From Harriotta raleighana (lineage: Eukaryota), in contig JBNZDD010013625.1 in NCBI GenBank assembly GCA_050575255.1, positions 2,909,362 through 2,973,361 of the forward strand: a stretch of DNA of 64,000 nucleotides, given 5' to 3'. A model generated the notes under the pieces. It searched no databases and had not been told where the DNA came from. It saw only the letters and a list, made by a program, of their open reading frames with translations. A program made the translations under genes and the position numbers. Shown here piece by piece: positions 51,286 to 63,248 of this stretch (position 1 is the first letter of the stretch; every line of letters begins with the position of its first letter).

Positions 51286-52569
51286 TAAAGGGAGAAATTG
51301 GGAAAGCAATCCGAGAAGCAGTTTCCCCACCCATGAGATTTTACATGGTCAGTCTCCTCTCTCATCCCAATGCCTTGAGACGTCCTCCCGACATGAAAGG
51401 CGCTATACAAATATAATTTGTTGTTGTTGTTATTGTCTACAGTCTCTGGTCATCTGCCCCTTCTTAATAAAGAAATTACTCAGGCTCAGTGCTATGGGGT
51501 TGCATTAATACTCCTCCCAAGTGATGATTTGGAATGAGCTGCTCTCCCCTTCTCCCCTCATCCCCCCCCACCCCCACACACAATGGCTGTGTGGAGTGGA
51601 GACCTGAACCAAGCTACCTGATGCTCAGTCAATCTTGTGCTAAGCAAGCGGGGAAATATGAAAGTAAAGGGCATTTCTGTCAACATAACTAATGCAAAGA
51701 ATTCTCCTTGATGTGCAACAAAGTAAGTTTTGCACCACTCAACCCTAAGTCATATTGGTGACTTGTGGTGCAATGAGTGATATCAAACAAAATTCATCTG
51801 TAATCCATCTGAAATGTGTTTCCCTTCAATTTTATTTGGGAGATTGTTGGTCAGGACACCAGGAGAAACTCCCTTCCATATTCAAACAGTGTCATGGGAT
51901 CTTTAACTCCACCTGATCAGGTAGATTGGAGAATATTTTATCATCTCATCAAAAGTTCAGCGCCTCTGACAAGGCAACCACCCACCACCACCATCTATTT
52001 GGCACTGCTTTGGCATTCCATTTGACACTAATTGAGTTCAAGACCAGAAACGTACAGTCAAGACACTCAACTCAGCACAAACTGGGAATAGAACCAATCC
52101 GTACGATTTAGGACTGCACCTATTTTATAACCCACCCCCCCCCCCTCCACCTACCTCCATTCCCGCACTTCTCATCCCCTCCCCCAGGATGCATCTGTAC
52201 CCCCACACACGATCCTTTGTTCCATTTTAAGCATCTGCGATGGTTTCGCTGAGAGCTGGCGTGCGTGTGGAATGTTAAAATTGACAAGTTACACGAAAGA
52301 ACACTCGCGTCATTTGGATCACACCAAAGTCTGACCAAGCCCCGATGCTACACATGCACAGCAAACGCAATGTTCTGTCGAATGGTTTGTAAATGTTGGG
52401 CGTGGGGCCTCGTCGCCTGGGTTAGTTGAAGGATGCGACAGAGACGAACTAAAAGGGATTGGAGTTCACTCCTCTGTGACTGAGGAAATTGGTGCAACCA
52501 CCTGAACAGACCATTTATACAGAGAATATATTACTCTGGGATGCTTCGGCTTGGCGTAAGAGCAATATT

Positions 52570-52851
52570 AATAATAATAATAATCCTTGCTTTTGATATA
52601 GCGCTTTTCACGTGTTCTAGACGTCTCACAGAATATACTCGGTGAATTGACTGTATATTTGTGGACGAAATGCAGCAGCCAATTGCGCACAGCAGAGTCC
52701 CATAAACAGTCGTGGATTGAATTGATCAATTTTATTTTGTGGGATTATAATTAGGCATGTGGAGTAAATTAACTTGCACAAGGTTTTGCCTTGCCTGGAA
52801 TTGAACCTAGGTTTTTCGCTTGTAAGGCGTGTGCTCTAACCACAGGGCTCC
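52570..52851 (-). mobile_element. tRNA-derived SINE
   Basis: Tail, core and head. Confidence 0.82.
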
Positions 52852-53573
52852 ACATAAAAAACTCACAGTCGCTACACTTTTGCTGTATATCCAGCGAAGT
52901 GCTTTGAAATGTTTTCCTGATGGGAAAGCCACTGTACCAAATGTGAAGATTATTATTGTTAATGAGGCATCACCGCATTTCACATTCCAACAGATACTTT
53001 ACTGTGCATCAAAATTAAAGGGTAATATTCCATACTCAATGTAACTGTTAGCATTTTATAATTAAGAAATATTGTGGTGTAATTTGTTGTATTTCTTAAA
53101 AAATTAATTCACAGAACTTATAGGTATTCATTTCCAAATTATTTGATATGAAATGCACTTAAGCCGCATTTGGCGCTGCGGAAATTCTGATAATTGCACA
53201 TTTCTTGCTAAGAAACACAGCAAATTGGCCCCCAGTGTGAAGTTGAGTGTATGAATCTTCCATTGAAAAATGTGCACAGCCAGGACTGAGGATATACAAT
53301 GGTGCCTTCAAATACAGTTCAGTTTCGGGGAAACTTTATGCCTTTCCCTTGGTGAGGAGGGCAGAAGTGGACCCACCGATATGAAAATAAATTATGGATT
53401 AATATGTGAACAAAGTACTTCTGGTCCTAAGTCTAAGATTCAACCCATTGAGCTCCCGGGAGAGGGTGGGGACGAGCGCTGCCTTTCATTTTCTCCAGTT
53501 GTCAGAAGTAGGAGTGTCCAGAGGGCCATCAGCTTCTGTGGTTCCAATTTAGGACTCTTTCCTGTCTCCACAG

Positions 53574-53765
53574 CTGCACCGGGGTCAGATGACATGGCTC
53601 TGTATGTTGGCGTGGTGGTGGCGGTGATTGTCTGCCTGGCTATCCTGATGGTTGTGGTGATGTTTGTTTACCGGAAGAATCACAGAGACTTCAATTCCGA
53701 CATCCGTGATTCTGCAGCTCTCAACGGGGGCTTCCAGCCCGTCAGTATCAAGACATCCAGGCAAG
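53574..53765 (+). CDS. UNC5C: UNC5C exon 8 (transmembrane helix and DxxD caspase-site region)
   Basis: tctccacag|CTGCA...CAAG|gtggg; 192 nt; [63 protein letters not shown]. Confidence 0.97.
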
Positions 53766-54060
53766 GTGGGTTGGTTGGTTGGTGGGTGCATTGGTGGGTG
53801 AGTTGGTGGGATGGTGGGTGGGTGAGTGCGTTGGTGGTTTGATTGGTTGGTGGATGTGTGGGTTGGTGGGTGGATGAAGGGTGGTTGATTGGTTGGTTGG
53901 TGGGTGGCTGGGTGGGTGGGTGAAGTGTGGTTGGTTGGTGGGTGGGTGCGTGAGTGGGTGGGTGGGTGAGTGAAGGGTGGTTGATTGGTTGGTGGGTGGG
54001 TGGGTGGGTGGGTGAAGTATGGTGGTTGGTTGGTTGGATGGACGGACAGACAGACAGATG
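53766..54060 (+). repeat. (GGGT/GGTT)n G-rich microsatellite starting at the exon 8 donor
   Basis: Degenerate tetranucleotide repeats, ending in (GACA)n. Confidence 0.92.
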
Positions 54061-55020
54061 TTTGATGTTTTATGCATAGTGTTTGGTTTGATGGATGGTC
54101 TTTTGATGTCTCCTTGTGTTTGAGAGCATCACACGGGACCTGTTCAGCTGTGCTGCGGATTCTATCATCTGGAGGCATTGGTGTATTTTCTCCCTTCAAC
54201 ATGGGTTTCCCGACAGGGGCCTTAAGAAAGCATTGCTGTCAGTTCAATGTGACAACAGGAGCACAAATTGAATTTCTGTAGTGTCTTTTAAGTCAGGCGG
54301 ATGTCCTGAGGTGCTGGACATTCAAGGGTTTGCACCCGAGGCTGGTGGTTGGATTCGGGAGGACTGTGGAGAGATTTTAAATTGAGAATGAGAATCTTGA
54401 ACTCGACCCTCTGAGGGGTGGGGAGCCTGTTGAGCCGGAGAAGGATGGGGGTGTTAGTCTCATAGATCCTAATGCAGTACAGGACACAAGCTGCAGAGTT
54501 TTGAAAAATCCAGAGATATTATTTGGCAATTAGAGAGTCAGCGAGGTCAACCCTGGATGTGATGGATATGGATCTCGGCAGCCCGAGGAGAGATAGCGGC
54601 GAGCAATATTGCAGAGTTGTAGAGAAAGGGATTGAAAATAAGAAAGGAAAAGGCTCTTCACTCCAGTACGGGAATTAACAACAACTTGCATTTTTATCGT
54701 GTCCTTCACACATGCAATGGCTCGGAGCACTTGTATTCAACGGTAGACAGTTCAAGACAAATCCAGAAAACAATTCTCAACATAAAACAGTTGTGAAAAT
54801 TCACCATGTGTTGCCCTTGGCAATAGACGCAGAATCAATGTCAGTTTTTAGACTGATCGATAGATACTCTTGAAGGTAGGGAATTGGAGAAAAGGTAGGA
54901 AATGGGATTAGAATGATAAAGAGTTACGAGCTAATGAAAGGGCGGGACTGGCACAATGGGAGAAATAATCTGTTCCCACAGTGTAACAAGTCATGCTTCA
55001 GTGGAGAATGGCTCTTTGTG

Positions 55021-55490
55021 GAGGCCTGAAGCTCAGTGGCTGGAGCACTCTCCTTGCAAACGAGAGACCTGGGTTTGATTCCAAGCAGGGCGAACGTTTG
55101 GGCAAGTTCCCTTACTCCACACACCCAATAATAATGCCTCAAAAAAAATCTTTGGTCACTCAATCCATGACTGTTTGTGGGAAGATGGTGTGTGCAATTG
55201 GCTGCCGCGTTTCACCTGTAAAATATAGAATCTTACGGCACAAAAGGAGGCCATTCGCTCCATCGAGTCTGTCCCGGCTCTTTGAAAAGAGCAACTCAAT
55301 CCCATTCCCCAGGTGAAACCCGGCAGCCAATTGCGCACAGCATCTTCCCACAGTCACAGATTGAGTGACCAAATTATTATTGGTTTTTATACAGTCAATT
55401 CACTTCACAGTTTAGTCTGTGTAGCGCTTTAGGACATCTAGAAGACATGAAAGGTGCTATATCAAATGCAAGAACGATTATTATTGTGAT
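55021..55490 (+). mobile_element. tRNA-derived SINE interrupted by a CR1-like tail fragment and an inverted copy of its own core
   Basis: Head and core 55021-55218; insert ~55219-55309; inverted core 55310-55373; tail resumes ~55388. Confidence 0.8.
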
Positions 55491-55525
55491 TACGTATAAA
55501 AGGATGCTTTTGTTTCTCCATCCAG

Positions 55526-55879
55526 ATAACTCCCACCTGCTCGGGGTGCAGCCTGACCTCACAGCCGCTGCCGCCATGTACCGGGGACCTGTCTATGCGT
55601 TGCACGACATCGCGGACAAGATTCCGATGACCAACTCGCCGCTGCTCGATCCGCTGCCGAGCCTTAAAATAAAGGTCTACAATTCTTCCTGCGGGGTCAC
55701 CCCACAGGAGGAGACCGTGGACCTGGCAGCCAAACTCTCCCCTCGCCACACCGAGTCACTGCTCGACAACGAGACCCAGAACCTCAAGAACCAAAGCCTG
55801 GTTCAGCAGAAGGAACCAACCTGCAGCGCGTTCGGGAGTTTCAACATCCTGGGTGGCCACCTCATAGTACCCGACTCTG
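55526..55879 (+). CDS. UNC5C: UNC5C exon 9 (cytoplasmic linker, start of ZU5)
   Basis: ccatccag|ATAAC...TCTG|gtaaat; 354 nt; [55 protein letters not shown]...[17 protein letters not shown]. Confidence 0.95.
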
Positions 55880-56237
55880 GTAAATCTATCTACCTGTCAC
55901 GTCATCGTTCTGGTAAATCTGCCTCTGATTGAGCGGCTCCGGTGAAACGTTGCACAACTACCACAACTGGATTGCTGCTACGAAGCCCCCCACCCCACCT
56001 CCAGTTCCCCACTCACCCCCAACCTGTCCTCCTCTCCCCAAAGCAAACATAAGGATTGAAGGGGGATGCCAAGATTTGTGATCGCTGTGACAAATCGGAA
56101 TCCGATAACAATCCCAGTGGAGCTCAGTGCTGTTGAGATCAAATTCTGACTCTTAGCATGATCCTATGTGCATATTGATACCGTATCTTATGGTTAATAA
56201 TTATTTATTATGTTTTAAATTATTATTATTATCATTG

Positions 56238-56490
56238 TTCCAGGCAGGGCGAAACCTTGGGCAAGTTTCCTTACTCCACACGCCTGATAATAATCCCTCT
56301 AAAAAAAAAACTAGAATAAATTGGTCACTTCAATCCACGACTGTTTGTGGGGACACTGCTGTGCACAATTCACTGCCGCATTTCACCCACAAATATAGTC
56401 AATTCACTTCACAGTATATTCTGTGAGGCGCTTTAAGACTGTAAAAGATGTGAAAAATGCTGTATCAAATGCAAGGATTATTACTATTAT
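56238..56490 (+). mobile_element. tRNA-derived SINE, head truncated
   Basis: GGCGAAACCTTGGGCAAGTTTCCTTACTCC, core and tail; tail re-reported after n at 56540 and 56680. Confidence 0.82.
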
Positions 56491-56910
56491 CATTACTAAA
56501 TAATCTTTTAAGATATACAATAAACAAGATCAAAATCCTNGAGGTGCTTTGAGACGTGTAAAAGACGTGAAAAGTGCTGTATCAAATGCAAGGATTATTA
56601 CTATTATCATTATTAAATAATCTTTGAAAATATACAATAAACAAGATCAAAATCCTCCCCCACTTCCCCATCCCAGGTTNGGCGCTTTAAGACTGTAAAA
56701 GATGTGAAAAATGCTGTATCAAATGCAAGGATTATTACTATTATCATTACTAAATAATCTTTTAAGATATACAATAAACAAGATCAAAATCCTCCCCCAC
56801 TTCCCCATCCCAGGTTAATAGACACTTGGTTGATATCTGGTGCTGACGTCCGACTGAAAATCTTTGCTAAGATGGGCTTGTTTAGAACGTTGCTCTGTGA
56901 TTGTTTCTAG

Positions 56911-56998
56911 GAATAAGCTTACTGGTGCCAGCAGGAGCCATTCCTCAGGGCAGAGTGTACGAGATGTATCTGACAGTCCATCGAAAGGAGAACCTGAG
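56911..56998 (+). CDS. UNC5C: UNC5C exon 10 (ZU5)
   Basis: tgtttctag|GAATA...CTGAG|gtaact; 88 nt; [30 protein letters not shown]. Confidence 0.96.
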
Positions 56999-57027
56999 GT
57001 AACTTGTTTGTCCATGTTGAATATGTT

Positions 57028-57092
57028 TGCGCGCGTGTGTACGTGTACGCGCGCGTGCGTGCTTGTGTGTGTGCGCGTGTGTGTGTGTGTGT
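57028..57092. repeat. Alternating purine-pyrimidine (CG/TG) tract
   Basis: TGCGCGCGTGTGTACGTGTACGCGCGCGTGCGTGC followed by (TG)n. Confidence 0.9.
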
Positions 57093-60000
57093 TTTCTAAA
57101 ATAACTACCTGCTCAAGATTGGTCAAGAAATACAAATGCATCTTTTTTCACGGAAACTTTTGAACCCATTATTTAATTAACGGTGAAATGTGGGCACGCA
57201 CAATTTGGACGCTAAACACTTGTTCCCTTTGTGATAGTTCCGCAGTCAATGATTATACAAACAGCAAAGACTCAACGAGGTTGTCAAGAAACAAGTATTG
57301 ATCAGTTACCATATTTCCTGAGAGCCGCTGGCCACTGGGCGTCACCCAGATCTACACCTCAATGTTTCTGACTGAGCTATATATTTTTATTCCTGATTGG
57401 GTACTGTGTAAAGCGTCTGCGTACTTCTGATTAAAGCTCACAGGCCCAAAGCTGTACTAGGCATGTTTATCAGCAGTGCTCATACCACCAAGAATCCATG
57501 TGATCGATGTCACCTAAAATATTTTCTTCCAAGTGTTTTCTACCCTTTTTCCTCGGAACCAAATTCAATGGTGTTTTCTGTAGATCACATTTTATGTTAA
57601 CTCTTTCCTTACAATGTGCACACATGATTGTATATATCCCCATACACTAATCTGACATCCAGCAGTACATAATAATGCTAATCATCTTTGCATTTGATTT
57701 CACCTTTCACGCTGGGAGGATATCTCAAAGCACTTCATAAAGTGTAGTCACCTACCCACAGGTCCGCCCCCTCCGTTCAGCGAGCTCCAGACTGTCTCCC
57801 GCCCGACTCACCATCAATAGCTGGGCTTTCAGCCTCTCTGCCCCCACACTCTGTAAAATGTTGTAGTTGTTGTTGATATAGTGACTGAGCAGCAACCAAT
57901 TTATGCACAACAATGTACTACAGACAGCCATGAAGTGAATGACTAATTTGATGGGGGGATTGTTGGCCAGGAAACTCAGTAGTGGGGGATCTTTAACATC
58001 CATCTGAATAGGCAAACAGGGCCTCTAATGTCACACCTCCGACAATCAACACATATCTCCTTCTGTAACTCTTCAGACTTTGGGAAGACTCTTTCAACTT
58101 GTTCCAAGGGCAGTTTCTGTGTCTCTAAGCCTCAAGTTGTGCTATGCTTGGCGGGGGCTTTCCCAATGCACTTCTTTAGTGTCATTAAACTAAAACCTCC
58201 TGGTTCAATAAGTATCTCTGGAACTGAGGTTGAGTTGTTTTGCTGGTTGACTTCCCACAATATCACAATGACGACCTTAGAAGCCTTCAGCCTCTCTGCT
58301 CCCATCTTCTGGAACTCCATCCCACAGTCCTTTTGCCTCACTCCCTCCCTAGTCTCCACCTATCCTGATCCCAATCCCCAGTTTGGGTGCAAATCCTTGA
58401 CTGTCCAGTGCTTTTGGGACATCCTCCCGATGTGAAAGGTGCTGTACAAATATAATTTGCAGTTGCAAGCGAATTCTTGACACTTTTTCTTGCTGTTCAA
58501 AGAAATGGCCTTCAATTCATCTCTTTCCCCCACACACATCCCCAATTGTACAGGTAATTGTTACAAAGTATTCTAACACACAGTAATGTCTGTCCGCTAA
58601 GACCAGATGCATCTCTTCACTAATTGGCCACTGGTGGAGTTTTTGGCTGGATAAGTATGTGTAGTGGGTTTTATTTATTTATCCTTTTATAATGAGCCCG
58701 CGGAAATGGAGTGGGAGAAGGGAGAGATGGTGGAAGTGTGCAACCCATGACAAGCACTGGTCGTCACTCTTGCAGGGGTATAATCAAGAGGCCACAGTGA
58801 TCACACAGGCCACAATCTGCACAGTAGAACTGCTTCCCTCAAGAGTTTAATAACCCTCAACCTTACCTGCCCTCCTCCCCTGGTCCATCTTCAGATCGCG
58901 CCTGAGAATCTTCCTCTTCGGCCATGCCTACCATCATGTCTCCCCCTCTCCCCAGCTCAATGTCAATCTCTGTCACTGTTAAGCGCTCCCAAGACACTAC
59001 CCTGTGGGATGGGTGCTGTATATAAATACAAGTTGTAGTTGGGGCTCAACCACAACATGGGCCAATTTTCCATCCCTCCGTATCCCATCCGTGCTCTTCC
59101 AGTCATTTTACTCAGATTGTTACACTGTCTGACATATTAGGCTGTGAGCTTTCAGCCCCAAGGTCCCATATTATTATTCCTTAAACACCTGATCTTAATT
59201 CGCATGGTTTACAGCCTCCCTACACCTCTGGAGTCAGGTTCCAGCGCCTTGGGACGTCCTCCTGACGTGAAACGCGCTCTATAAANAGACATATTAGGCT
59301 GTGAGCTTTCAGCCCCAAGGTCCCATATTATTATTCCTTAAACACCTGAGCTTAATTCGCATGGTTTACAGCCTCCCTACACCTCTGGAGTCAGGTGCCC
59401 ACCAATTGAGATGAACGGGAAATGCGCAGTAAACTTTCAACCCAGTTGATTCTGTCCCCTTGGGTCTAGCTATTCCCATTATATTCTAGATCCAGGTTTA
59501 ATCCTCTCAGGCCTCGATCAAAGTGTCAATATTGTGAAATGACAATGAGACATTCAGCAGATCTCTCTCTGCTGGTGCCCCAAAGATGTGTCTCATCAAG
59601 TTACTGCTTCCTTCACCTCCACTGCCTCCATCACCAGCTCCCGGCTCTGTGTAACTTGGTTGAATCTTGTTTATTTTTCCCTCCACTCAATTGTTACAAG
59701 GAAGACTGAACGTCAGTCCTTTCTTCACTCAATCCCATCCTCCACAGCCGTTGCGCTATTGCCCTTACCCTTCTCTCCCTCCCCATCTCCTTTCTCTCTC
59801 TCCTGCACCTCTTGCCCCACCAATCACATCCACCCCTGGCTCCATCCTTCCTATCGCATCTCTCTTTACCCTCTTCCCCTCACCCCCTTCTGATTCAAAG
59901 GCAATAGTGCTACCCACTGAGCCAAGCTGCCCACTATTGATAAGAGAAGGGAGTTTCTTTCAGTGTCCTTGCGAGAATTGGATATTCATTTCATGCACGT

Positions 60001-60279
60001 TTGCTTGTGGGATATTGCTGTGTGTGCAAGTTTGACTGCTGCATTCACCTACAGAATAAAAGAATATAGCAACAGAAGAAGCCCATTCAGCCCCTTGAAC
60101 CTGTTCCGCCATGTATTCAATCATGACTTACACTTACCTAACATACATCTATCCACCTCCGTCTTTAAAATTTTAATGCAGAGCACACATTCATTGCGGT
60201 TTGCAATACATCCTGTGAGAAGCGCTTTGAGACATCCTTATGACATGAGAAGCATTCTAACAAATACTGAATAAGGATT

Positions 60280-60676
60280 ATCAATCAATCAAAACTATAT
60301 TTGTATAGTGCCTTTCATGTCGGGGGGGACGACATCCCAAGGTGCTGTACAGTCAAGTAGGGATCAGTGCAGGGGGGGAGGGGTTGTGTGAAGAAAAGTA
60401 GAAAAAATTGACTGTATATTTGTGGGCAAAACGTAGAGCCAAATTGCGCACACCACTGTCCCACAAACAGTCATGGAAGTGGGGTTAGGGGAGAAAGGGG
60501 GAAAGATAGCAAGGGGAGGGGTCAGGGTAGGGGGAAGGAGAACAGAAAAAACCGACTGTATATTTGTGGATGAAACGCAGCAGCCAAATTGCGCACAGGG
60601 GTGCCCCACAAACAGTTGCAGAAGTGGGGCCGGGGGAGAAAGGGGCAAAAGAAGGTAAGGGGGGAGATGGAGGGAA
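60280..60676 (-). mobile_element. Composite tandem-core retroposon, copy D
   Basis: Same layout as 25965-26512; (TGAT)n end. Confidence 0.8.
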
Positions 60677-60679
60677 ATA

Positions 60680-60968
60680 TAATCCTTACATTTGATACAG
60701 TGCTTTTCACGTCTCAAGGCGCTACACAGAATATACCGCAAAGTGAATTGATTGTATATTTGGGGGCAAAATGCAGCAGCCAATTTTGCACAGTATTGTC
60801 CCACAAACAGTTGTGGATTTAAATGACCAGTTTATTATTTTTTTTCTTGAGGGATCATTATTAGATGTGTAGCGTAACTAAAACTTGCCGAAGGTTTCAC
60901 CCTGACCAGCCTGGAATTGAACCCGAGACTCTTCCTTGTAAAGCGAGTGCTCTAATCACTGAGCTACA
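60680..60968 (-). mobile_element. tRNA-derived SINE
   Basis: Tail, core and head ending GAGTGCTCTAATCACTGAGCTACA. Confidence 0.85.
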
Positions 60969-61192
60969 AATCAATAATGCAAAGCTCATCAGCTACGCGA
61001 GGTAGAGTTGATTAAACTGGGTCTGAAGCAAGACACTTTTAGCACGTTTTAGCATCGTCACCCGAGACAGATTACCTCTGGGCGTCAGCGAAGGACAAAA
61101 TGTTGCTGTCGTGACTTGAGTTCAAGTTTGACGTTTGGCGAACCATCGAGATGGGTGTTGAATTTGTAACCTGTGGCATGTAACACCCCTAG

Positions 61193-61361
61193 GCCGTCAC
61201 TAGAGGGCAGTCAGACGCTGCTGAGTCCAGTGGTGAGCTGTGGACCACCGGGCGCTTTGTTGACCCGACCTGTTATCCTCACCATCCATCACTGCGCAGA
61301 ACCCAACGCAGAGGATTGGCTGATGCAGCTGAAGAGCCAGTCGGGGCAGGGAAGCTGGGAG
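61193..61361 (+). CDS. UNC5C: UNC5C exon 11 (ZU5 C-terminal part)
   Basis: cccctag|GCCGT...GGAG|gtgagc; 169 nt; [56 protein letters not shown]. Confidence 0.96.
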
Positions 61362-63059
61362 GTGAGCAGTCAAACTACCTTATTTATGTGTCAGCTCCTT
61401 GGAAATGGCAGCAAAATATAAAAATGACAACGTTTAACATTCAAACGACTTTCACGGCAATTTCTCCTCCGCCTCCTCCTTAATACCAAGTCTGGGGTGA
61501 GGGTGAACGACCCCATTTCCTGGTTTGTCCGACTCTCGCTCACTCCCTTGACCGCCCTCCCACCCTCCTACTCCATCCCTCCATTCGCTCCCCTCCCTTC
61601 CCACTTCCCCCCTTTCCCTTTCTCGCCAATCCCCCCCCATTCCACTCACCCTCTCCTTCCCCTTCTGTCCCCTCTTTAGAGCACAAACTATAACAACAAT
61701 AGTAATCCTAGTGTTTGATATATCGCCTCATCAGGTCTTCGATTTGTCTCAAAATGCTTCACAGAATATACAGTAAAGCGAATTGACTGTATATTTTGAG
61801 TGCAAAATACGGCAGCCAATTGCGCACAGCAGTGTCTCACAAACAATCGTGGATTGATTGATCAATTTATTTATTTTTTGACAAAAAGTATCTGTTGTAA
61901 ATTGTTGTAATGTCCAAACAGGCAATGCTACCTCACTCGAGATGTACAACTCCCAGGTTTTAGTAACCAAAGGAAACCCATTCAAACATAACACACAGGA
62001 AATAACGCCAAGTAAAGAAATCTGGAGTCGTATGTAGGCGCGAACGAGGATGTTTTTTTCAACAATATTTTACCTTTTTGAGAGCAACACAAAACAAATC
62101 TAGCAATGCCATTGCTTCCCAGTTCTGGAGTTGCAAACGTTTCCATTCTCAGGAGACAAGTGGAATCTGTATTCTGTGTTGCCATCTGCTGGCAAGTGCA
62201 GTTTGGCTGACACATTCCATAAATATTCCAGTATTTTTGTGCATCATTTGATTTTTGTTGCTGTTGTGGGTGGATACTTCAGCCAATTTGCTCCAAAAAA
62301 TCCCGCAAACAGCTGTCAAGTGAATTGTCCAATTTTATATCGGAAGCTGATAGCCGGAACATTCACGGAAGCTCCCCTTCTCCTCGGTTTCAAGTCTTAT
62401 CTGAAAAACCGCCTCTCTCACAATGCCTCATGCCCCCCAGCATTGACTTGGAGGGTCAGCACAGACTATATGAGTTTCAAAGTCTGGACCTGGGGCTTGA
62501 ACGCAAGAGTGGCTGACACATACATGTCTTTTGTTTCACTTCCAACCTCCAACTACTGTCGATGAGTAGCTGGGACAATATTGTGGCGAGGAATACAAAT
62601 TAGTGATCAATTATCTGGAGCAGGTACCCTTGCATTCAGAAACTTCATGTTAAANATATTGTGGTGAGGAATACAAATTAGTGATCAATTATCTGGAGCA
62701 GGTACCCTTGCATTCAGAAACTTCATGTTAAACACCACCAAGCCATTGTATCGAGCTCCCTCTGGCTCACACAACATGAGCAATCTTATAATTACTGATC
62801 ATTTATTTTGCTATGAATGTTTTGACTTCTACTCACATAATTCAACTAATTTAAAACACATGAAGTCAGGGGAATGGGGGGACAGGATTGAATGGATATC
62901 TATGGTTAATAAAGGTTTCACACTCAATCCACTTTACAGTATATTCTCTGAAGCGTTTGGAGATGTCTTAACGACCTGTTAAGGCACTGCATCCAGTGCA
63001 AGGATTATTATTATGCAAGGATCGCTTTCGGAGGGCTATAATCCATCCGAAAAGAAATA

Positions 63060-63248
63060 GAAATAATAATAATTTGATCACTCAATCCAGGACTGTCTGT
63101 GGGACACCTCTGGGCACAATAGGCTGCCGCGTTTCGCCCACAAAATACCACAGTCAATTCACTTTACAATATATTCCGTGAACCTCCTCGAGACGTCTCA
63201 TCAACATGATAAGGCGCTATAACAAATGCAGTGAGTATTATGATTATT
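63060..63248 (+). mobile_element. SINE 3' half (core and tail)
   Basis: GGCTGCCGCGTTTCGCCCACAAA core and AGGCGCTATAACAAATGCAG tail. Confidence 0.75.

Noticed and set aside
53585-54202. 205-aa Pro/Thr/His-rich antisense ORF
   Set aside because: Translation of the (GGGT/GGTT)n microsatellite plus the antisense of exon 8.
56428-56816. Triple tandem repeat of a SINE tail
   Set aside because: Copies are separated by n at 56540 and 56680; the first and third match and the middle is a variant, consistent with an assembly bubble.
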